A stretch of 64,000 nucleotides of DNA, taken from NCBI GenBank assembly GCA_039200565.1, contig JBCCSG010000001.1, forward strand, positions 4,249-68,248. Direction: 5' to 3'. This document shows, piece after piece, positions 52,461 through 59,400 of the stretch; within the stretch, counting starts at the first letter, position 1, and each line of letters begins with the position of its first letter. Source of the stretch: Cyanobacteria bacterium P01_D01_bin.50 (GTDB lineage: Bacteria; Cyanobacteriota; Cyanobacteriia; Cyanobacteriales; Nostocaceae). The notes below the pieces were generated by a model. That model saw nothing but the letters and a program-made list of their open reading frames with translations, was not told the DNA's origin and ran no database searches. A program made the position numbers and the translations under genes.

Positions 52461-52676
52461 AGGAATTTAATTTGCTTTTTTAAGAAAAGTTCAAGTTTTT
52501 GAAGCGCTACCAATTATATACCCAAGTTAAAAATTTTTGATTAACTTTTGTAACTAACTTTCTCAAGGCTTCGCGCATAGCGAAGGCTTATCGCGGACAA
52601 ATAATCAGTAATCTTACATAAGAGATTGAAAGGTTTATTATAGTACAAACAAATTGACTATCTAGGTGCAATCAAG

Positions 52677-53321
52677 ATGGCTTATACTGCTTATGTTTCC
52701 ACAAAAAATGCTAATTCTCTTACAGTTCGTAATGCGCCATTAGGAGATAAAGTAGATTCCCTGAGTAATGGTAGTGAAGTGATAGTGCGAGGAGAATCTG
52801 TTCCTAAAGGAAATTGGAATTGGGTAGAAATTGGTGACAACCGTTGGGTAGCGTTGGAGTATTTGACAACGATTAGAAATACAAAGGTAGTAGCTACTCG
52901 CTCAAAAGAAACGATTGGTGGCGGTTTGAGAGTATATAAAACTCGATTAATTGATAGCAGGGGTAATGTTGTAAATAGGGTAAGGCTTATTTCCGGTAGA
53001 GTCAACAAACAAACTCCTTCTGATAAACCTGATTCTCAAACTCCTCCACCCTTTGGAATTTACACTTTTGATACACCTGGATGGGTATATGAAGGTGAAG
53101 ATTTGAAAGCAGAATTTGGGGGAGTTTGGTCGCCGATTACACCTAGTTTCAGTACAAATCGTTCGGAAATAGGGGTTCATTACGATCCATCAACCTTTAA
53201 GAGAAATCATAATGTTGGCACCTCAGGTTGTTTTGCAACGCCTACCGCGAATGAAAGAGATACTATGACAAAGTTTATTCGCACCCACAAACCAAAGCAC
53301 TTTATTTTTTATGAAGGATAA
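52677..53321 (+). CDS. SH3b-like domain fused to an L,D-transpeptidase-fold (YkuD/Tlde1-like) domain
   Basis: The N-terminus (LTVRNAPLGDKVDSLSNGSEVIVRGESVPKGNWNWVEIGDNRWVALEYL) is SH3b-like. The C-terminus has PPPFGIYTF...IGVHYDPSTFKRNHNVGTSGCFATP, an H-x16-C spacing with (S/T)xGC as in the YkuD/Tlde1 active-site motif. No signal peptide. Confidence 0.45.
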   Translation: MAYTAYVSTKNANSLTVRNAPLGDKVDSLSNGSEVIVRGESVPKGNWNWVEIGDNRWVALEYLTTIRNTKVVATRSKETIGGGLRVYKTRLIDSRGNVVNRVRLISGRVNKQTPSDKPDSQTPPPFGIYTFDTPGWVYEGEDLKAEFGGVWSPITPSFSTNRSEIGVHYDPSTFKRNHNVGTSGCFATPTANERDTMTKFIRTHKPKHFIFYEG

Positions 53322-53355
53322 AGATTAATCCTGGCTTCATGTTATCGAATTAAGT

Positions 53356-53393
53356 GAGAGGGGGGAGAGGGGGGAGAGGGGGAAGAGGGGGAA
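53356..53393. repeat. octamer array (GAGAGGGG/GAAGAGGG)n
   Basis: gagaggggggagaggggggagagggggaagagggggaag, 35 nt after the stop of the preceding ORF. Confidence 0.85.
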
Positions 53394-53849
53394 GAAATTA
53401 TAGCTCATCGATTAGGCTCAAAGGAATAATATTGCGATATCGCTTTTCCCATGGGTGCCTGTGAGCGGCTTATTGCAATCCGATATGAGTTATGAGAATT
53501 TGAATTCTTTCAAAACCTGGTTTTTTGAAAAACTGAGTTTCTTAATAATTGCGAATAATTTGTCAGATGAGTATCTTTGCTAGTAGCGTACCTGCGTCAA
53601 CGATGTCGCATTTATAACGAGAATAAAAAGTTATTTTCTCTCTTTTTTTCCCCATAACTTGATAATTTCGGTTTGCGGAGTACTAGTCTAATTATATTTT
53701 TAACATTAATTTATCAGTTTAGTTGGTATCGCTACTGAAAGCGAACCGAATAAAAGAGAGAATTTATATAATTCGATATAATTATGGATTGGTCATTTGT
53801 CATTTAGATAACTTTCAATCGGTAGTAACTGATGATTTATTTTGCAATA

Positions 53850-53908
53850 TTGACGGGCACCTATAGGAATTTTTTTAGAAGCAAAAAATTTCTATGGGAA
53901 CCCTTGAC
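53850..53908. repeat. palindromic insertion element, copy B (opposite orientation)
   Basis: ttgacgggcacctataggaatttttttagaagcaaaaaatttctatgggaacccttgac, ~95 nt upstream of the LRV2 ATG. Confidence 0.8.
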
Positions 53909-54003
53909 TCTTGACTAATGACATAAAAATACGAAACAAATATGTAACATATAAGTTCAAAAGAAACTACCATTACTTTTGTATAATTTACTCATTATTC
54001 GCT

Positions 54004-56268
54004 ATGGCTAATCGTTCCCATTTCCGGAATTTATCAAAACTTCGGCAAGAAGCAGCGAGCGAGAAAACTTCGCCACAGCGCTTAGAAGAGTTAGCTAAAA
54101 TTAATATCGAATTAGCGAGAATTGTAGCAAGCAATGCGAATGCTGCTCCCGATTTGTTGCAGGATTTTGGTAGCAACCCAGATAATATTATCCGGAAAAA
54201 TGTTGCTGCTAATCCTAACACGCCAACAGAGATGTTGTGGAAATTGGGAGCGGAATTCCCTCAAATGCTCTTAGAAAATCCGGTGTTTTCTTTATTGTTG
54301 TTGGAAAATCCCAATTTCGTGACGGATATTCCATTGATTACTTTGCAAGCTTTGCTAAAGTTAGACGAGGTATCACCAGAGTTTCTGGAATTGGCAACGA
54401 GTCATGATGATGTGGAAGTGTTGCTAACCATCGCCATGAATCCTAAAACACCAAAAACAGCTTTGCAAAGATTAGCTCAGGTACAAAATATAGAAGTTGC
54501 TGCTTCAGCACGCGAACATATTTCCTTAGCTGGAGAAATGCAGCGGGGATGGGATGAAGCCGCGATGCTGGCAATGCAGACTACTAATTTACCACGCGAT
54601 CGAGAATCGGAAATTTACCTATGGGCAATTGGTGCTATACCGGAATATCTGTTAAAGATGTTGGATGCTGAGGTACGCTTGCATATTGCTGAAAGTTTAA
54701 ATACTTCCGAGCAGGTTTTGGCAATATTGGCGACGGATAGTTACAGTAAAGTGCGTGCAACAGTTGCTCAAAATCCTCGTACTCCCATTAATATTGTGGA
54801 ACAATTAATGGGAGATATTAGCGATATAGTAAGAGAAGCAGTTGCTTATCATCCTCTTACACCCCTAAATTTACACCAACAGTTTCAACTGCAATTGGAA
54901 GCAATAGAAAATCCGGTAACTTCTGAAGATATCCTCAGACAACTTTCTACCAGTCAATGGATGCGGATTCGTTTGGGTGTTGCAGCTCACTCTAACACTC
55001 CTACAGATGTATTATTGCAATTAGCAAGCAGTGATGAAGATGTAATGGTACGCAAAGCTGTAGCGCTTAACCTTAATTCTCCCGTAGAAGCCTTAGAAAA
55101 ACTGGCAAAGGATAATGATGCTTGGATAGTTAAGATTGTCACAACTCATCCCAATAATCCAGCACATATTGCTCCCAATCTGCAAAAAAATACAATACAC
55201 GACTATATAAATACAGCTCGCGCTCAAGGCATACCAATTATGCCAGTATACGCCGTTTACGATCCTAACTTGTTAACGGCCATGGCAGAGAGTAGCAACT
55301 ATGATACTCGTCAAAGAGTTGCGCGACACCCCAATACTCCCATTCATATTTTAGAAAAACTTGCCGATAAAGAAGATAATTCTATTCTAGAAACCGCACT
55401 TACCAACCTTTCTCACAATTCCAAAACCCCCCAGAGTACTTTGCAATGTTTAGCGCAAACTTCCGACTTTAAAATTTGCACTGCTGTAGCGCGCCATCGC
55501 AACACCGATACCATGACGCTTGCACAATTAGGAAAACATCATCGTTGGGAAGTGCGCACCATAGTAGCGAAAAATCTTCAAACTCCCCTAAAAACCCTCG
55601 TACAACTGATTCAAGATAAACATAGAACAGTTCGAGAAGCAGCGATAAACCATCCTTACGCTCCTGCAAGCATTTTAGAACAACTTGAAGTTGTTAGAAA
55701 CCCCAACACATCTGACGACATCCTCAATACCCTTTCTCATAGCAAACAGGTAATCATTCGTCAGGGGGTTGCACGCCATCCCAATGCTGACAAAAATCTG
55801 CTCAAGCAACTAGCAGAAGATAACATTAGTATGGTGCGTCTGGGTGTAGCTGAAAATCCCCATACCCCTAGTAGTTTGTTGGAATTATTAGCAGTAGACA
55901 AAGATAATGCAGTTGTTGTTGCCGTAGCAACTCATGCCAATACATCTTTAAATATTCTCGAACAACTAAGCATTTTAGGAAAGCCAGATAATCAAATTAA
56001 GCAAACAGCAATTAAAACTTTACTCAACCGCTTTCCAGATAGAATCAGCAAAATTTTAGCCGCGTGCATTACCTCGAATACTCCAACATTCACCCGCTTA
56101 CTCGTTTTATTACATCCTTCCACACCAAAGGAAATTTTAGCAGAAAATATTCATTCTCCCTCCTGGTTAGAAAGATATGCGATCGCAAAAAATCCCAACA
56201 CTCCTTCTGAGATTCGTGCAGCTTTAACTCGTGATGGTAATCGAATTGTGCGTGCTGCCGCTTTGTAG
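54004..56268 (+). CDS. LRV-type alpha-solenoid repeat protein, paralogue 2
   Basis: About 754 aa from ATG 54004 (MANRSHFRNL...). The track TTG at 53911 lies next to the repeat element and encodes a low-complexity leader. About 16 NP(N)TP-type units. The N-terminal 130 aa are collinear with paralogue 1 (AANPNTPTEMLWKLGAEFPQMLLENPVFSLLLLENPNF vs TTNPNTPTDVLLKLAGDFPQSFFSNPVLSLLMLENPNL). Confidence 0.8.
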   Translation: MANRSHFRNLSKLRQEAASEKTSPQRLEELAKINIELARIVASNANAAPDLLQDFGSNPDNIIRKNVAANPNTPTEMLWKLGAEFPQMLLENPVFSLLLLENPNFVTDIPLITLQALLKLDEVSPEFLELATSHDDVEVLLTIAMNPKTPKTALQRLAQVQNIEVAASAREHISLAGEMQRGWDEAAMLAMQTTNLPRDRESEIYLWAIGAIPEYLLKMLDAEVRLHIAESLNTSEQVLAILATDSYSKVRATVAQNPRTPINIVEQLMGDISDIVREAVAYHPLTPLNLHQQFQLQLEAIENPVTSEDILRQLSTSQWMRIRLGVAAHSNTPTDVLLQLASSDEDVMVRKAVALNLNSPVEALEKLAKDNDAWIVKIVTTHPNNPAHIAPNLQKNTIHDYINTARAQGIPIMPVYAVYDPNLLTAMAESSNYDTRQRVARHPNTPIHILEKLADKEDNSILETALTNLSHNSKTPQSTLQCLAQTSDFKICTAVARHRNTDTMTLAQLGKHHRWEVRTIVAKNLQTPLKTLVQLIQDKHRTVREAAINHPYAPASILEQLEVVRNPNTSDDILNTLSHSKQVIIRQGVARHPNADKNLLKQLAEDNISMVRLGVAENPHTPSSLLELLAVDKDNAVVVAVATHANTSLNILEQLSILGKPDNQIKQTAIKTLLNRFPDRISKILAACITSNTPTFTRLLVLLHPSTPKEILAENIHSPSWLERYAIAKNPNTPSEIRAALTRDGNRIVRAAAL

Positions 56269-56272
56269 AAAG

Positions 56273-56580
56273 AGGAGATGGGGAGATAGGGAGATGGGGA
56301 GATGGGGGGATGGGGAGATGGGGAGATGGGGAGATGGGGAGATGGGGAGATGGGGAGATGGGGAGATGGGGAGATGGGGAGAGGGGGAGATGGGGAGAAA
56401 AATTCCTCACTACTCACTACTCACTACTCACTACTCACTACTCACTCCTAACTCCTAACTCCTAACTCCTAACTCCTAACTACTAACTCCTAACTCCTAA
56501 CTCCTAACTCCTAACTCCTAACTCCTAACTCCTAACTCCTAACTTTTTCAATCCAAAATCCAAAATCCAAAATCTAAAAT
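56273..56580. repeat. compound tandem-repeat block: (GGGGAGAT)~15, (TACTCAC)~6, (CTCCTAA)5-CTACTAA-(CTCCTAA)8, (CCAAAAT)~4
   Basis: Read directly. It occupies the entire 312-bp gap between the convergent LRV2 and DUF4139 genes. Confidence 0.95.
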
Positions 56581-58209
56581 TTAAATATCCAACCCCATCA
56601 CTGTTAACTGCGGTGGGTATTCTACGGTAAACTGATAATAAATATCTTGTTTCTGTTGTGGCGCAAGAATTAAATCCCATTGCAATGTTCCCATTTCACC
56701 AGCTTGAATTTGGGGATTTGTACGATTTAGACGTACTTTTATTTGTTCGTTGCGACTTACTGGTAGTTGTTCGATAAGTTCTAAATTCGCTACTGTATCG
56801 AGTAAATTAGTAATTTGCAATCGATATGCATAAGTTATTTTACGACTATTACCAATAAACTTTTTATCGACTTCACGCTCGACTAAATCCCGTTCAATTT
56901 TCAAACCTTCATCAATACCCAAGTTTAATTTAAATTCTTCACCCGGTACCGTATTTTCTAAATCAGAATTTCCCACAAAAATATTATCGCGGAAAATGTT
57001 GGCTTTACCCGGTAATAAAGTCACACCGTCAGAATTATTTTTCACCTTGGCTTGTAAATAAGTAAAGCTTACCAAACGCGGCATTACTATATAGCTCAAG
57101 TGACAAGGATAATCATCTTGAAAAATTGTAGTTTTGTGAGGTGCGCCATCGCTAGGGATATTTCCACCACCATCTAAATTAAAGGTAACTACGTTTCCTT
57201 TTCGGAATACTTCTGCTGTAATTATATCTGCTGGAATAGTCTCATCTTCTAACTCTTCGATTTCCGAGGAATAATCAGATGCTTCAAAATCCAAGCTGCG
57301 AGATTGTGTAGCCATTGGCTGTGTTGCCAACTTTAATCCTCTTCTAGGAACAATTGGCGGTTGTAAAATATCGATATACCAAGGTTGTGGCTTCGGTGGT
57401 AAAGTACCGTTTCCCGGTTTGGCTGTAGAAAGTGTTAAATTTACATTTGTCCAATCTTCGCCGGTATTTTGAATGATTTGCGCCAAGTATCCCAAATTAA
57501 CGCTTTTACTTTTGCTATCAACTCGAATATCGTAAAGCGGTTTCCAACTGGCGCTATTGACTGCATAAGAGACTTCTAACTCAAATTCCCCTACATCTGT
57601 GGCTTCAATTCCCACCGTTAAATTAAAACTAACACTGGGCTGGGTTGACTGAGTTTCTGTTAATGAAGCATACAGTACCTCCAACTGCTTTTCTAATTCC
57701 TGCTGTTGATTTTTATAATCTTCCGTGGCGATCGCATATTCTGTATACTGACTGCCAAGGAAGTTGAGTAAATCCAAAGTTTCGCTGAGGCTAATACTTT
57801 TACGCGCTAAACTAATGGAAAATTGATCCTCAGTCTTCTCCCGCAAACCTTCGATAAACCGCGACTGTAACGCCAAAGCATCCATTTGAGCTTGAAACTG
57901 CCGCTTCTGTGCTTCGAGTTGCTTGATTTGTTGATTTAATTGCGAGACTCGCGCCACTACCGAATCGGTGGTGTAAACGCGCTCCACATTCACACCCAAC
58001 AAACGCACCGCCACATTACCTTTACCACTAACCCGCACTGACTCTGTTTCCAAAGTTACTGGCAGTTGGGAGACTATCAACTCCCGCTCGTTTCCGTTTA
58101 ACTCCACTACACCACGGCGCGTCACTAAGGCTTGATTAGTGTAAACTGCAACTGCAATAATATCTGTTTCTACGACTTTACGCGGAGATGGTATTTCCTG
58201 GTTAACCAC
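56581..58209 (-). CDS. DUF4139 / DUF4140 (TIGR02231, MuiA-like) family protein with central coiled coil
   Basis: 542 aa. The N-terminal IIAVAVYTNQALVTRRGVVEL..., the coiled segment (QLNQQIKQLEAQKRQFQAQMDAL) and the large C-terminal beta-rich region fit this family as I recall it. Confidence 0.6.
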   Translation of the reverse strand: MVNQEIPSPRKVVETDIIAVAVYTNQALVTRRGVVELNGNERELIVSQLPVTLETESVRVSGKGNVAVRLLGVNVERVYTTDSVVARVSQLNQQIKQLEAQKRQFQAQMDALALQSRFIEGLREKTEDQFSISLARKSISLSETLDLLNFLGSQYTEYAIATEDYKNQQQELEKQLEVLYASLTETQSTQPSVSFNLTVGIEATDVGEFELEVSYAVNSASWKPLYDIRVDSKSKSVNLGYLAQIIQNTGEDWTNVNLTLSTAKPGNGTLPPKPQPWYIDILQPPIVPRRGLKLATQPMATQSRSLDFEASDYSSEIEELEDETIPADIITAEVFRKGNVVTFNLDGGGNIPSDGAPHKTTIFQDDYPCHLSYIVMPRLVSFTYLQAKVKNNSDGVTLLPGKANIFRDNIFVGNSDLENTVPGEEFKLNLGIDEGLKIERDLVEREVDKKFIGNSRKITYAYRLQITNLLDTVANLELIEQLPVSRNEQIKVRLNRTNPQIQAGEMGTLQWDLILAPQQKQDIYYQFTVEYPPQLTVMGLDI

Positions 58210-58273
58210 TGCCAGCTTTTCCTTAATTGCAAAGGGTTATGCAGGTTAATTGTTAATGGATAAAAGCGCGATC

Positions 58274-58332
58274 GTCAAGGGTTCCCATAAGAATTTTTTT
58301 AGAAGAAAAAAATTCTTATGGGTTCCCGTCAA
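58274..58332. repeat. palindromic insertion element, copy C (best-preserved copy)
   Basis: gtcaaGGGTTCCCataagaatttttttagaagaaaaaaattcttatGGGTTCCCgtcaa. It has a 17-bp perfect stem (cccataagaattttttt / aaaaaaattcttatggg) and an identical 8-mer on both sides. Confidence 0.85.
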
Positions 58333-58441
58333 TATTATTTGTAAATCGTAATCTGTAATTGGCGATATCAAGGAGGCAAAAAGCGCTGTAGATGAACTTC
58401 GGGCTTTATTGCCCTTACACAAGAGAAATTAGAGGACATTT

Positions 58442-59008
58442 ATGTTGTTTACTAACGATGATTTTGCTGATTCAAATGCTCTAGCTGGGGTAATTGTTCA
58501 GACAACAGGTTCTAATGTTGGTTTTACAAGAGAACCAGAAGAGGAGGCAATAGAAAATTCAGCGTTTATATCAATCGAAAATTCAGCTTGGTGGAATTGG
58601 ACAGCACCATTTACAGGTAATGTCACCATTGACACTAACGGGAGTAATTTTGACACCCAATTATTTGTACTTACCGGTAGTGCTATAGATGCCTTAAATT
58701 TAGTCGCAGAGAATGATGATGGGTTCGGTTTTTTTGGTCCAAGTTTGGTCAATTTTGATGTCCAAGCAGGAACTACCTATCAAGATGTGTTTGTCCTCAG
58801 TTTGGGTGAAGGTGTAGACATTATCGAGGATTATGTTGATGGAAAAGATTCTTTGTCCTTGTCAAATGGTAGCTTGAGCTTTAGTGACCTCACAATTACT
58901 GATAGTGCTGCTAGAGCAATTATCCGCGTAGCAGGTAATGGTAGATTAGCAATCCTCGAAGGTGTGGATTCTAGCGTTATTGATGCTAGCGATTTTACTA
59001 CTATTTAG
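58442..59008 (+). CDS. hypothetical protein, apparently a fusion/remnant of a secreted RTX-type protein (N-terminal module + C-terminal tail, no repeats in between)
   Basis: The N-terminus NDDFADSNALAG...SAWWNWTAPFTGNVTIDTNGSNFDTQLFVLTGS...AENDD resembles the N-terminal module of cyanobacterial exoproteins. The C-terminus DVFVLSLGEGVDIIEDYVDGKDSLSLSNGSLSFSDLTI...LAILEGV resembles the tail that follows RTX repeats. Confidence 0.4.
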   Translation: MLFTNDDFADSNALAGVIVQTTGSNVGFTREPEEEAIENSAFISIENSAWWNWTAPFTGNVTIDTNGSNFDTQLFVLTGSAIDALNLVAENDDGFGFFGPSLVNFDVQAGTTYQDVFVLSLGEGVDIIEDYVDGKDSLSLSNGSLSFSDLTITDSAARAIIRVAGNGRLAILEGVDSSVIDASDFTTI

Positions 59009-59065
59009 TTCTAAGTTTCTGGATTCGGCTTAGATTCAGCCCATTCTAGATTAGGAATGGCCGCA

Positions 59066-59165
59066 ACTGGCACATTTTTTTGTAGGGTGCTTGTACACTG
59101 ACTAATTTTTAACGTAATAATAAGGCAATCAGGGTACGGCACCATCCGAGTCTTGTGACAATCGC
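59066..59165 (+). repeat. ~100-bp dispersed repeat, copy 1
   Basis: actggcacatttttttgtagggtgcttgtacact...tacggcaccatccgagtcttgtgacaatcgc. About 80% identical by eye to 61281-61381. Confidence 0.75.
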
Positions 59166-59282
59166 GTAAGTTCTGTAGATAAAAATAATGGGAGCATCTC
59201 GCTCCCTACTATTTGTTCTAAATATAGCCATTTTCAGTTGAGCGTCCAATACACCAGGGAACCTCACCCCGCTCTCCGAGCA

Positions 59283-59372
59283 CCCCTCTCCCTATCTCCC
59301 CCTCTCCCTATCTCCCCATCTCCCTATCTCCCCATCTCCCCATCTCCCTATCTCCCCATCTCCCCCTCTTTC
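59283..59372. repeat. octamer array (ATCTCCCC/ATCTCCCT)n, the reverse complement of the GGGGAGAT array at 56273
   Basis: cccctctccctatctccccctctccctatctccccatctccctatctccccatctccccatctccctatctccccatctcccc, just downstream of the MscS gene stop. Confidence 0.95.
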
Positions 59373-59400
59373 CCCCACCCAGCAATTTTGGTTCACTAAA

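Noticed and set aside
56090-56458. Three ORF-track entries translating to PHLPISPSPHLPISPS... and GEMGRWGDGEMGRWGD...
   Set aside because: They are translations of the GGGGAGAT octamer array in different frames and strands. An 8-nt unit read in 3-nt codons gives an 8-residue period. There is no start context or non-repeat coding sequence, and the minus-strand ones run antisense into the 3' end of the LRV2 gene.
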